Source: Callorhinchus milii (lineage: Eukaryota). Taken from it: a DNA stretch of 64,000 nt. Positions within the stretch are counted from its first letter, which is position 1. Every line of letters begins with the position of its first letter. The notes beneath the pieces are model-generated. The model saw only the letters and a list, made by a program, of their open reading frames with translations. It was not told where the DNA came from and searched no databases. A program made the translations under genes and the position numbers. This document shows, one piece after another, positions 41,205 to 54,300 of this stretch. The stretch spans positions 14,510,001 to 14,574,000 of the forward strand of contig NW_024704742.1 in assembly GCF_018977255.1 (NCBI RefSeq), written 5' to 3'.

Positions 41205-41600
41205 TATATAACAATAACTTGCATTTATATAACGTCCTTCACACTTGGTTGCAACTTGCAGCATTTGACAGTGATGCAGCTTGATGACGAGCCAGGGGGA
41301 GAGGGGAGGAGAAAATGGGCACAGTCAAAGAGGAAAGTCTTCATATGCAATCTGCAGAATGGGCAAAGAGGGTCAAAGTGGAGGGATTGAGGCAGAGTTC
41401 CAGAGTTTTGCAGCATTGCAGCTGAACGCACCGCCGCTGATTGCTGAGCGGAGGGGACAAGGCACGTGCAGAAGTTCAGAGACAGCTGAGCAAAGGGGGC
41501 GGTGGAGGAATGGGGCGTAAGCAGGTCGGAGAAATAGGGAGGTACTCGGGCGTGAAGTGATTTGTATGTAACTTTGATCTTGAAACTGATCCGATGCATA
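41205..41600 (-). mobile_element. L2-clade LINE 3' fragment
   Basis: RISFKIKVTYKSLHARVPPYFSDLL. Other copies at about 2180-2450, 9115-9310, 42170-42570, 45290-45510, 48160-48440, 57000-57560, 61720-62010 and 62285-62495. Confidence 0.78.
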
Positions 41601-43080
41601 ATGATCAGAAAAGGTTAAAGAAAACTTGTCAACATTTTTTATATAAAACACTTTGTGGGCACGTTATGTATTTTAGTCTTTGTAAACTATTCAAAATTCA
41701 CTTTCCTGAGTGGAAAAGCTTTCCAGAGACTCTCTCCTAATATACAATGTTAAGTGAACTCCTTGAGAAAGTTGTAGCTTTGTAAAATACTGCCAGCCAC
41801 TGTTTATTTTCCATGCAAATGCACATTAAATACACCGTCGGAACTCCATATTAATATATTATATATATTATATTATATAGTATACAAAGAAAAATAATTG
41901 TGATCCTGTTAGTTTTGTGGTCATAAACGATGTGGTACCCAAAGAGTTAAAAAACTAATAGGAGTCCTTCATTTGTGAGGTGCTGCTTGACAGAATGCAG
42001 AAACTTCATTTTGAAATGTTTTATCAGTTCAAAAGAATGCTAATAGGAATTGGCTTTACTTCACAAATAGCCTATTAAAATTTACAGAGTTCTGTATCCT
42101 GATTCCAGGATTATGGTGAAAACTTTGCAATGGATGTACCATTTTGTGTCTGCACCAGAAAGGCTCACTGACTTCATCTTGCTGATTAATCAACTTCAAG
42201 ATCCTCTCTCTCATGTTCAAATCCATTCACTCTCTGACACCTTTCTACCTCTCTGATCTCTTCACTTCCCAATCCACCACCCGGCGCCTCCGCTCAACTG
42301 GCATCAGCCTTCTGCTCTTCCCTCTCACCCTCCGCCCCACCATCAGAGGTGGAGCTTTCAGCCACTACTCCCCTGGAACACCCTCAATCCCTTCGCCTTG
42401 CTCCTCTCTCCCCTCTTTCAAGTCCTGCCTAAAAACTTTCCTCTTTGACCATGCTTACGGCCACCTCCCCACTCCCTCTGGCTCAGAGTCAGGCTCTGCC
42501 ACTAATAAGCACTCTGAGACGCTACCCTGCAAGGAAGGTGCTATATAAGTGCAAGTTGTTGTTGTTGAGTAATATTCAGGTCTTATTGGGTCATCACGGA
42601 CTAGTGATGATTCCAGATAGCTCCTGTACCACCCATTTATAGATATCTAGAGCCCACAATTTCTCTGTTGCACTTTCAGCTAAGACATATCCTGAACTCT
42701 ATTACTTCATCTATGGGTTCATTTAGAACCACCCCAGATAAAGAACCAATTGACAAAGCACTATATTTAATTGTTTTACTGTTACAAACTGATCAGCTGC
42801 TTAGACACACCATTTCTGCTTTCTGAGCATATACTGAAAACATGACATGAAATGGATAATCTTCATCAGGGAAGTTCACATGAAGAAAGCCTTTCGACAC
42901 ATTTGACCTCATGCTTCCAGAATATCATCCCAACCCGAACATCTTTCCATTACAGCACCACGTATCCTGGCTTCCACTATTCTTCTTGATAAAATACATT
43001 CCAGCTGTTTATTACCATCTGTTTATTATCATCTGTATGAAGAAATACTTCCTGCTGTAATTTCTAAAATTATATATTTT

Positions 43081-43155
43081 TAAAAATTCTCTTGTCTTGC
43101 TACCTTGGCATATTTGGCATAAAAATTCTCTTGTCTTGCTACCTTGGCATATTTG
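43081..43155. repeat. 39-bp tandem duplication
   Basis: TAAAAATTCTCTTGTCTTGCTACCTTGGCATATTTG at 43081 and 43120. Confidence 0.92.
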
Positions 43156-43914
43156 AAAATATTGTTCTGGATTTACTTGGATTATAAGGTTTCCTTTGAG
43201 TTACATCTGTTTTCAAGGCTCAAGAGCTTATCTAATTGTTCCTCATAGTTCATCTCTCTAATATTGGGGATCCAGCGCCTTGGGAAGTCCTTCCAATGTG
43301 AAAGAAATGTGATACAAATGTGATTTTGTATTGTAATTTTGTATTGTATTAACTGTTCTCCTGTCTTTTGCTCTGCCTTTAGGACCTGGAGTGCTCCTTT
43401 TTTGTTGTCGTGACCGAAACGTATGAAGTACTGTCTCATGATTTTACACTGTGGGGGTTCACACCGTGGTTGATACTGCTGATCCCAAGCTTTGGAAATA
43501 TTTGGAAAGCAACATGACAAACTCTTGCTTCATTTGAACTGCAGCTGGAAATGTTGTCCAGGTTTGTGCTTGCTGAGTTACTGCCAAATCAGATTTAGCC
43601 GATACTCATATTGTCCTCTCCAACTGCTGGAAAATAATTACAAAGGCTGCTCAGAAACGAAATGGCTAACAAGCAAAGCCAGGGATGCAGTTTTGCTTGT
43701 GAGTTAACAGTATAATGACTTGTGTACATCAATTGATTGCATATAAATGGAGTTACTACAATGAATTTGAATTACCTGTCAAGAGCTTTGAAGTATTGAT
43801 AAGGCACAATAAAATAGCATGTACTTTTATGTCTTTAAGTATCAATTTTGATTGACAGTTGAATATGTATTGGTGAGGCCTTCACCATTAGTAATAGTTG
43901 CCACAGTCAAGCAT

Positions 43915-44320
43915 TGACCACTGGCTCACTATCACTGAACGGATTGATTTCAAGATCCTCACACTCATGTTCAAATCCCTTCATGTCTTGGCACCTCCCT
44001 ACTTCTCTGACCTCCTAACTCCCAACCCACTACCCGCTGCTTCCACTCAATTGGCTCCGGCCTCCAGCTTGTCCCTTGTGCCCTCCGTTCCACCATTGGT
44101 GGCTGCGCTTTCAGCGACTACACTCCGAAACTCTGGAACTCACTTCCTCTATCCTTTGCCTTTCCCCTTCATTCCCCTTCTTCTTCAGATGGCACCCGAA
44201 GACCTTCCTCTTCGACCATGCCTATAGTCACCTCCACCCCGGCTCAGCGTTATTCTCTGCCACTGCCAAGCCCTCTGGAATGCTACCCTACTTGAGGAGT
44301 GCTATGCAAACTGTTGTCGT
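43915..44320 (+). mobile_element. L2-clade LINE 3' fragment
   Basis: Encodes HWLTITERIDFKILTLMFKSLHVLAPPYFSDLL, typical of the L2 ORF2 C-terminus, with a (GTT)-type tail. Confidence 0.8.
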
Positions 44321-44464
44321 TATGGCATGGTATCCTCATTGGTTCACACATTTGGAATCCAGCTCCTTATTACATTTTGCATTTAAAAAGTCTGTTTTCT
44401 TTGTGCATTTAAAAGGTTCAGAGAAAATGGAATGGAAAGTAAAATAAACCTCACTTTGTATCTG

Positions 44465-45180
44465 TTATCAGGCTGCCTTCATCACGTCCAGGCTTGCCAA
44501 TGCCAACTCTCTGCTCGGCGGACTTCCCAACTCTTCCCTCCACAAGCTGCAGACCTTCCAGAGCTCTGAAACTGAGGTCACCTCCCCCATCAGGCTCTGT
44601 GAGCCTATCATTCCCACATCCTCCCCCTTCTCCAACCCCAAGAGGATTGAGTTCAAGATCCTTGTCTTCACCTTTAAAGCCCGTGTCCTCTCCCGCACTA
44701 GGCTCCGTGAACCTATCGCCCCCCCCCCCCCCCCATCCTCACCCAACTCCACTGGCTTCCCATCACACAGACAATACAGTTCAAGATCCTGGTCCTCACC
44801 TTGAAAGCCCTTCATGGTTTTGCTCCCCCCTACCTCTTTTGACCACCTAACCCCCTACCATCCTGCTCGTTCCCTCCGCTCAGCGGGTTCCGGCCTGCTT
44901 CACGTTGCCCCGCCTCACTCACCCACTATTGGCGGGTGGGTCTTCTGTCACTCTGCCCCACCCTCTGGAGCTCCATCTCGTAGTCCCTCTGCCTCGCCAC
45001 CTTCAAGACCCATCTCAAGACCCTCCTCTTCGACCATGATTTCAATCTCCCTGCTTCCCCGCTTGCCCTCCACCCTCCCTGATCCCAACCCCCAGCTCAG
45101 TCCAAAAGTCTGTCTGTCCAGCAGCTTGGGACGACCTCCTGACGTGAAAGGCGCTATACAAATGTAATTTTGTTGTTTTA
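44465..45180 (+). mobile_element. L2-clade LINE 3' fragments (two joined pieces)
   Basis: Two FKIL-type segments; 3' end GGGACGACCTCCTGACGTGAAAGGCGCTATACAAATG. Confidence 0.8.
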
Positions 45181-45831
45181 AAGCCTCCATGGTCTTGCCC
45201 CACTTTACCTCTGTGACCTTCGAACCTCTACTTCCAGTCCCCCACCCTACTGCTACTGCTACTGCCACCTATGCTGCTACCATCTACGGTGAGGAAGGTC
45301 TTAAGGCAACTTTTGAAGGAGGGAAGGGAAGGGTCGAGATTAAGGGACTCTGGGATGGAATTCCAGAGAGTGGGGACAGGAAGTCTGAAGGGCCAATCAC
45401 CAAAGGTTGGGTGTGCAGTGGTCGTAAAGCAGGTCGTAAAGCCTGCCGAGCAGAGGGAGCGGGTGGTTTTGTAGAGTTTTAGAAGGTCACAGAGGTAGTG
45501 TGGGGAAAGCCACAAAGAAACTTCAGAGAGTATCAGGCCCTGGTTGGTAAGAACCAAGGCTTGGGTACCCCTAAATATGTGTTGGGGTACTGTTAGAAGT
45601 TTAAGCCTTAAAACTGCAGAACTTGCTATTGCGAATTCTGTCTTGATTGTCAAACTAGGACCACTTATTTATTTCCTCCTAATTCTGCAAGCCATACCCA
45701 TTAGAGATTTGTCTTGCAAGGTTAGGAGGATCTAAATAGGAAGAATCTGTGCTGTCAGTGACTAGTCTGTCCTACCAAGTCCCATCAACATGCTATGCCA
45801 TCTAGTCTTTAAGTAAGAGTCCCTTTTAATA

Positions 45832-45941
45832 CAGGGTGACCAAAAAGTCGTGATACCAATATAATGTCTAATAAGTCTTAAAAAAATGATATATATATAT
45901 TTTAGATAACAGGTAGATATCACAACTTTTTGGTCACCCTG
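45832..45941. mobile_element. Tc1/mariner-type MITE, 110 bp
   Basis: 24-bp TIRs CAGGGTGACCAAAAAGTYGTGATA with one mismatch; TA on the left flank (TT on the right). Confidence 0.85.
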
Positions 45942-46539
45942 TTCTTCGGACCTGCTGGATTCCAGCAATGAGCATCGAGACTGCCACAGAGAGTTTACTC
46001 AATTCTGACATTCTAATGCCAAGGACAACATTTTTGAGTCAGGTTAGCTGCACGGAGAGCTCGCTTACCTACCCCACTCCCCCAACTGAAAGAAGGAGGT
46101 TTAGGGAATGGGACAGAGGATTTCAAAACATTGTTTGTGGAGGAAAGCAGGGTGGAGATGGATGAATATGTTGATGTTTTGCATGATTATCTTTGGGGAT
46201 CAGGGAGTCTCCACAAAGAACTTACCCCCAAAAGCCGGGTGGGTGGATGGATGGGGTAGAATTTGCGTGGTATGTGGGAGGCCTGGCATTGATTGGCTAA
46301 ATGGTTCTTAATTATTTGACAATTTCTTCTTCTTATATTCTTTAGTCAAGAAATGGCTTGATCATAGCAAAGTTAAGGTTAGATAACAAGCTAGATAAAT
46401 AGATAGGAATTAAAATAGAGATTAGGAGTCAGGTCTGGTACCTCAGAAGACTAGAATCTCCTTCTTGGACTCAGCTGAAGCAATGAGAAGTAAGATAATA
46501 ACCTCAGACAATCAAACATCATGCAGATTGATTATGTTA

Positions 46540-47027
46540 GTCTCCTTATTTAAGGAAGGATGTTCTTGCCAGGGATGAAGGGGATGAGTTACGAGGATAG
46601 GCTGACCAATTTCTCTAGAATATAGAAGAATTAGAGGGGATCTTATAGAAACCTATAAGATCATCAAAGGGCATGATAGAGTAGATAGTGGGAGATTGTA
46701 TCCCTTGGTTGGAGAAACTAAAACCAGGGGTCACAACCTTAAAATCAGAGGCAGCCCTTTCGCACTGAGTTGAGGAAGAACTTCTTCCCTCAAAGGGTGG
46801 TGAATGTATGGAACTCACTACCCCAAAGGGCTGTTGATGCTCAGTCCTTGAACATAATCAAGAGAGATAGATAGTTTTCTTATTGCAAAAGGGATTAAGG
46901 GATAGGGGGATAAGGCAGGGTCAGGTTATTAGCTGGAGTTAGATTAGAAGATCAGCCATGATTGAATGGCGGGGCAGGCTTGAAGGGCCGAATGGCCTAC
47001 TCCTGCTCCTACATGTTATGTTATGTT
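46540..47027 (+). mobile_element. CR1-clade LINE 3' fragment
   Basis: LEYRRIRGDLIETYKIIKG, TRGHNLKI, RKNFFPQRVVNVWNSLP; 3' end GGGCCGAATGGCCTACTCCTGCTCC followed by (TATGT)n. Confidence 0.88.
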
Positions 47028-47915
47028 AAAATTAGAATCCAAAATGGTTCCAAAGTTCCATTAACTGGGACCAGATGTAATACATGGAAAAAGAGATAAA
47101 ATAGGAGAGTTTCAAGTTAATATTTTTAAATACTCAATAAACACATGACGATGTACATGATGGCTGGGTTGCAAACCTTAGAAAAAAGTGTAAGATGAGC
47201 TTCGAAATTATAAATCACTGGATAGAAATTCCAACTGGGTCTAGATTTACTCTTTTAACATAACATTTAAGAGTGGGCAAAATTTACCAAATTATTAAAT
47301 TAAATTTTAACTTTGAAGCTCGTTTTCTGTAATTTTAAAATAACTTACAGAATACCAACTTAAAAGACTATGTTTAAGAATTTCACGAATTAGGAAATGC
47401 AATGTGAATAGAGTAAATTCAGACCCACACATCTTTAGTGGTGAAAATACTTAGCAGCATTATGTATTAGTACATCAATGCTTAGTTAAAGACTGAGTCC
47501 ACAGGATGATGCAGCACACAAATATGGACATTTAAAAAAAATGCTGAAATTTTGTGTTTCTGTTTGTTCCGTCCACAACACCAACAACCACAAAATTACA
47601 TTTGTATAGCGCCTTTCATGTCGGGAGGATGTCCCAAAGCACTGGACTAGTCCTCATTATTCTCTGGTTTGGATATGGTTAGGACACTTACTGAAAGAAA
47701 ATAATGTTAGGGTTACACAAAAGCAACAGCTGGGAAAGGTCTTAGGGAATCAGCTTCCTCTTGAGTAGGTTAAAAAAAAGTATAGAGAAAGACCTTGTAC
47801 GCAGGGGAAAGACAAAGTTTAGATTATGATGAAATTATACACATGGCAATATAATAGATCCAAATGGTCCATCATAATACTTTGCAAAGTACATTCTTCA
47901 CTAAATGGTACATAC

Positions 47916-48030
47916 TGGGCTGGGATGGAGTCGGGATCCAGTTTCTTCTGTTGAGGACCAGCAAGTTGTGCACCATAAGCACCGGGGTAATTGGGCTGAG
48001 GTCCTCTTTGTTGGCCTCCGTACATTCCAC
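47916..48030 (-). CDS. SEC24D: SEC24D exon 6 (3' end has a 1-nt frame discrepancy, see findings)
   Basis: tttctag|GT GGA ATG...GMYGGQQRGPQPNYPGAYGAQLAGPQQKKLDPDSIP, donor CCCA|gtatgt. Confidence 0.9.
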
Positions 48031-48886
48031 CTAGAAACAAAAGGGAAAGAAGCAAACACTGGAAAGTGTAGTTTATTTCCCAATTTCACATAAATTATTT
48101 GCATTAAATCTTATAAAACCTGTGTTTTTTTTAAAAAAAGGGCTAAAATAACTAATTGTTAACAATAACAGCAGCATTTATATCGCCCCTTTTATCTGGG
48201 ACAGGTACTCGGAGTGCTTAACAGTAGTGGAGCCTGATGTCGAGCTGGGCAAAGGGAGTAGGCAACCATAAACACGGTCAAAGAGCAAGGTCTTCACTCA
48301 TAATCTATAAAAGGGGAAGGAGGGAGGAAGGCCGAGGGATTGGGGGAGAGATCGCCAAAGCTTTGGAGTGTAATGGCTGAAAGCACTCCTGCCGATGGTG
48401 GAGCAGAGCAGACAAGGGACAGCAGGAGGCCAGAGCCAGTTAACTGTTTAACATAAATAGCTATTTAAAGTAAACCCTTTAAGTATGCAATAACCACATC
48501 AATCTCATTCGTTGAGACTGCTAAATGGTTGTTGTTTTTTTCAGCCTGCAATTTACTTTACCAACAAGAAAAGCACAGCCGCTAGCGTTAAGCACTTTGG
48601 GACATCCTCCCAATTTTTAAATAGCGAAGTTCCAGGTCAACTGCGAAGCATACTTCAGTATCAAGGTTGAAAAAATCAGTGGAGATAAATCTACATCCTT
48701 ACAAAACAGCTGTGCATTTTGGGTTGAGTTTAGTCAGTAGTGATTCAGATTACTATCAACTGATCTATATTCAGATGCACATTGATAATAAGAGCTGTAC
48801 AAGAACAGCCACAAAATTACATTTGTATAGTGCCTTTCAGTCCCAAGGCACTGGCTGTAAGTTCCTAGCTAAAAGTAGACATTTAC

Positions 48887-49177
48887 CTTGCTGCGGCATG
48901 TATCCAGGCATGGGCATGGGGGGCTGGCCTGGAGCCTGTTGGTAGTTAGCACTGCCTTGATTGGGCGCAGCAAGTCCAACCGGCATTCCTGTAGGTGGCA
49001 AAGCAGTCATTCCAGGAGGTACTGCAGCTGAAGAGGCAGGAGGTGAACCAGGAAAACCTTGGGACGTAGAAGATGAACTTAGAGGTGAAAACTGCTGTGG
49101 TGGAGGGCCTTGGAATGAAGGCCGGAGTGGTGGACCAGACAGTGATGGGGAACTTTGTGGAGGTGCCTGAGATGATC
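48887..49177 (-). CDS. SEC24D: SEC24D exon 5 (Pro-rich)
   Basis: ttttaatag|GA TCA...CAG CAA G|gtaaat. 291 nt, phase 1 to 1. GSSQAPPQSSPSLSGPPLRPSFQGPPP...PMPGYMPQQ. Confidence 0.92.
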
Positions 49178-49934
49178 CTATTAAAAATATACATACATTA
49201 TGCACAACTTTTTGGTAAGATACGTTTTGTAAAAATACATACACTCATTGAAGAAGTTTCAAGCTTGATTTGAGCTGTGTGATTATCATGTCGATACATC
49301 TACCTTAATAATGTAACCCCGTTGCTAAATTGTGAGAACCTCAAATCCTCTCTCTCTCCATCCATCCATCCAAAAAAAAGGATTCAGCTGGTTTTTACTA
49401 TAGAATTTACCATAGCCACCCATTTGCATTTGATATAGCCCCTTATCACGTCATTGAGATATCTCAAAGTGCTATTATATACCAAATATATTGATTGTGT
49501 ATTTTGTGGACAAAATTCTTATTGTGTCTTTATTCCGCTGGCTAAAAATAACCATCTTTTCACTATATCCTTATGGGATTTAGATACAGCAAAACAGGAA
49601 GCAATTTTGCATTCACAGAGCGATCTGTTTAAAGCTTCAGTTAACAAATTTATACTGGAAATAACCTGGCACACAAAATAATACGACAAGCTAAGACCAA
49701 GTGAAATTTCAGGTCACAGGATTTTCTGCCTTCCAGGACAAAATCTGCCAAATTTTAGAATTTCTAAAATTAGTTAATGTACGTCCTTCCATTGAAAAGT
49801 CTACCTTATCAGTTTGGCTCAGTTGGTAGGTCGCTTAGGCAGTTGCTAAATTGTGAGAACCACAAATCCTTGCCCCCCACCCCCCACATACATCCAAAAA
49901 AAAGGATTCAGCTGGTTTCTACTATAGTATTTAC

Positions 49935-50086
49935 CATAGCCACCTATTTGCATGGCACCAAGTTGGTTGGTCACTTGCTGTGTGAATGGAGGCAGTGCCG
50001 TATTCTGTTGCACAGACGCTGGGTGGTGAATACCATGAGGGTGAAGAACAGGTAGCTCACCACTACTTGACTGAGGAGCAGCAAAT
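49935..50086 (-). CDS. SEC24D: SEC24D exon 4
   Basis: ttccag|A TTT GCT...GGC TAT G|gtaaat. 152 nt, phase 2 to 1. FAAPQSSSGELPVLHPHGIHHPASVQQNTALPPFTQQVTNQLGAMQIGGY; phases join exons 3 and 5. Confidence 0.9.
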
Positions 50087-51217
50087 CTGGAATTACATTT
50101 TTAAGAGAAATACAATAAGAAGTCAATTATCACCAAGAGATATATTCTCATTTGCTAGAGATTTGTTTTGAGTTATGACCACTAGTTTAGATTTGTATAT
50201 GGTCCTGATTCAGGTGAAAAATGGACATGGACATTCTCACAGTTGCAATGTTGCCGTGTTTTTACTGCCAGAAGTGAAGCTACTTTGCTCCCAGCTGTAA
50301 AGTCACATGGAACAAGTAGGTGGATTTATGCTACCTGCTCCACATTTCTTACCTGATTTTGACATTCTGCATACAAATGCCCTATGGTCCAGAGTTTGTT
50401 TCTGACATTATGAAAGAATTGGTCTTGTGACCCCTTCAGGCACCAGAGGATGCGAGTTCAGCACAATTCTCAGATAGTAATCGTATTAACACAAACATTG
50501 ACAAAATATACAGTCAATTTACTTTACAGTATATTCTGTGAAGCGTTTTGAGAAGTCTCGATGACGTGCTAAGACGCTATATCAAATGCAAGGATTATTA
50601 TTAATTGTACTTCCTATTAAATTAAAAAAAACTCTTGACCTGAACCAAATACTATAGTGCAAATCTTATAACTGGGTTTTACGATTTAAACATTTCAGGC
50701 CCCGTAAGCATCTCAGAATCAATATTGTTATGCTGTCAATTTGCTGGTAATTATTTATTAAGAATCATGATACAGTATTATTTAAAAAGGAAATTACAAT
50801 ATGTCAAGAGCACAGATTCTAGATCAACTATCCTGTAAAAAAGCTTTCTATTCAGCTGTTGAACCAGAGACACAATAATAATCTGCAATCAAATGAAACA
50901 TACTACTGGGACCTCTCAATACCTCAGTGTTGTTCCAGTGGTTTACTAAGAGAATAAATACTAAAAGTGGAAACAGAGACAGTTCCACTCTAAATCAGCT
51001 TGCAGAGGTTTGTGGTTTGCCAGCGTCAAAGAAAGTAAGTGTAGGCAATCTTCAGACAATCAACCAACTTGACTTTGCAAAACATAACATGCTCTTCATT
51101 TTGTTAGACTGTATTTTATCTTCTCGGCTTCACTGCAGGCTTTTGAGAGTTTTGTTTCCAAAAACAAGTAAATGCAGAATATTGTTAGATGAGACATTAA
51201 CATGTTGAACTGTATAC

Positions 51218-51347
51218 CTTGGAGCCTGATGTCCAGCACTATAAATTCCATTCTGTACACTGGGCTGACCGAATGGATTGGGACCAAGTGGTGGAAGACC
51301 AGCGGAAACTGGGGGTCCTTGAGGTGAAGGCATTGGTTTTAAAGGTC
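51218..51347 (-). CDS. SEC24D: SEC24D exon 3 (Pro/Gly-rich N-terminus)
   Basis: ctttcag|GA CCT...CCA AG|gtatac. 130 nt, phase 1 to 2. GPLKPMPSPQGPPVSAGLPPLGPNPFGQPSVQNGIYSAGHQAPR. Confidence 0.92.
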
Positions 51348-54300
51348 CTGAAAGTAAAATAAATCAATTAAATCACAAGATCACGATTGGTTCTAAAGAA
51401 GCCCATTTTATCTGATTATTCTAGAATACTCCACTGCCATCCTCCCATCATAGCATCAGTCTTTTTATATATATAAATCCTCAACCACCTTCTCCAGTAA
51501 CTTGGGTAACCGAAAAACAAAAATGTTCCAAAAGTCTGTCTGTCTTGAAAAAGACTGCACTTAGATAATGAAGCCTGTTGAGGTCAGTGGTATAAAGCTC
51601 CACCACCCCACCAACATCATCTCAACAGGAGGCTTTAGAACTCCCACTACTGGGACGAAATCCAAAGGAAAACAACAAATGAAATGGTGACAGCTTTTCT
51701 GAACCCCATACAGGCACATGGCAAAAAAGAGCAACCAGGCAATATATCTTTCACAATACATCCATGCAAAAACTAAAGCATCATGCCACAATAATTCAAT
51801 ACATTCATATAGTGCCTTTCCCATCAGTACCTGCACTGGGGGTGGGTGGGAGCTGAAGAGGGTGCGAAGAGGAAACATGACTAAAAGCACTGTCAAAGAG
51901 GCAAGACCCCATCTTGAGGCGGGCTCTGAATGTGTAACGGGTGAGTCGGAGAGACTCCAGGAAACAGCATGTTAGCTAGTTAACAAGCACAGTGGTACAC
52001 TTTTAGACAGATGGAATATTTTGTGTGAAGTTGCTGTTTTTGTAGATTTTGAGTTGCTTATTGATCCATTGATTATACACCAGATGGTAGTACCTAATTC
52101 CAGAAAGTACTAAAAATAGTAGTAGTAATCCTATTACATGGTAAGGGTATCTTAGGGCATCTCAGAAGATAGACTGTAAAGCAGTGATGGAGCCAAATTT
52201 CTCATGGAGGGGTTGGGGTGGGAGGGGGGGTTTGGAGGGCTGTGATGAGTCATTAGTGACACAACCTTCCACAATGCCTCATGCCTCCCACTTGGGCTCT
52301 CTTTCCGTCGCCCTCCACTCCTCTGACAAGAATGTAAGAGTCATGAGGCAGCGTGGAGAGTGATGGCAGTCTCGCGCTTTCCCTTTACCTCTGCTACTGC
52401 TGTAAAGTGCAGTAACTGTATTATGTAAAAGCAGACGGTACTTGGGTTTATGTCTCATCCGAAGGATGGCAATTCCAACAATGTAGCACACCCCCATCAG
52501 TATACTGGAGTGTCAGCCTAGACTATATGAGTTCAAATTCCCAACGTGGAGCACTGTTCACTGACAGACAAGGTTTGGGGAGCCTAGAGGGTGTGTTGGG
52601 GTACTGCTAGAGCATAACCAGCTAAAACTGCATAGTTAGCCATTTCAAGCTCTGTCTGGCAAACTTCCCAATGTGTGCCTCACTAGGATCCCTTACCCAC
52701 TAAGGTTTGGTTTGTAGGGTTAACAGGAGTAACTGTAGGGAAGAATCCTTAACCCAAGTGACTGGTCTACTCCTGCCCATGTGCCATGCTGGCTGGTTAT
52801 CAGTGCCTTGGAGTACTATATACTCACCTAGCTCAGAGAGTGGAGTACCAAGCCCACCACAGAGAGCCAACTCAATTCTGATATCCCTTTGTCACTCATG
52901 TCGCCTTGGCATCAATTTAGCCCTAATGAGACCTGGAGGATAGTCACTCATTGGCCATTTGATATCTGACCAAGTGCACTAGTTGGATGCAGATACTAGG
53001 AACTCCCTGTAAGATTTTTGGTGAGCAGCAAAGTTCAGCATGAAACGTGTAAGAGGCCTTCCACCATCTCCCTGTTCACAGATCGGACACACATCCCTAG
53101 CCACTGAACAACAGTTTCACCTGATGTAAGTGCATACAACATATACGGCATAGAGGATGTACTGGAAATGTATCTTTTGAAAGTTAGATAGCACAGAACA
53201 TTTTTGATTCTTAATCTGCAGAATATAAACAGTGACATTTTAATCTATTACCAGCCTTCTGACCATCTCCATCTGCTTCCACAGATTTGCCATGCTCCAC
53301 CATTTCAAGAGGGCAACAACTGTCAGGAGTACGATCTTAAAAAAAAATGTTTGTCCCATTATCACTGACCCTAGCATCTATATGACATGGTGTGCCGGAG
53401 GACTTGTACAATACGTATTGTTGGAGCATTCATGCTGTTGAATACTTTGTTTGTGTTTGAGGAAGCTTGTAGCAGACTATATAAGTCCAATAGACTTTAA
53501 GCTACCCAAACCACTTGTAAGTTGAAAACCATTCCATGCAAAACATGTTATTATTTGTAACATGATCTCAAAGTTTAGGTGATGTTCAAATGTTTTTCAC
53601 TTCATCTATTGAGAGAAATTCTACAAGGGTCTAAATTTACTCTATTTGTGTAGCATGTCAAAATTTGACAAATTGTTGAATTTTGTCTTAACTTTGAAGT
53701 CAATGTAGTTTTGAAAAAAAACTTACTGATTTAATTTTGAAGCCAGTTTTGTGTAACTTCTTTAATTTTATGCCCTGTCAGGTAACAGGGAATAAATTGC
53801 AAATACAATGATATCATTATTCGAGGAACTACTTTTTTTCATCAAAGGAAACCATATCATAATTTTAGCGTAAGTGATATTAGACATATTCATTTTAAAA
53901 ATAAAACTGATTAGTAGAGGCAAAAGGAAATTAAAAACTGAAATTTTCTGCACAAACATCAATGAATTATATTGGAAAGTGAGCTCTCAGCATCTCAAGT
54001 GGAAGTCCAATAAAGTAACTAAAGTTTTTGTTTTACAAAAATAATTATAATATACTGCAACCATTATTCTATTTTGCAGCTGTGATTCCTTGAATGCCAA
54101 AAAAGCCCTTTGATCTGGACTGATCACTGACTTTTTTGGTCAGTGGGGAGCCTGACGCATGCAGAAGCCTATCCCCAAGTCTCTAAATCAAACTACAGGG
54201 AGTTTCATCTACAGTATAGACCCCTGACTTACAGTAGGATTCTGGGTATCCAGAATTTGAATCTTGGTGGAATGGGCCCCAAACCGAACAATTCTAACAA

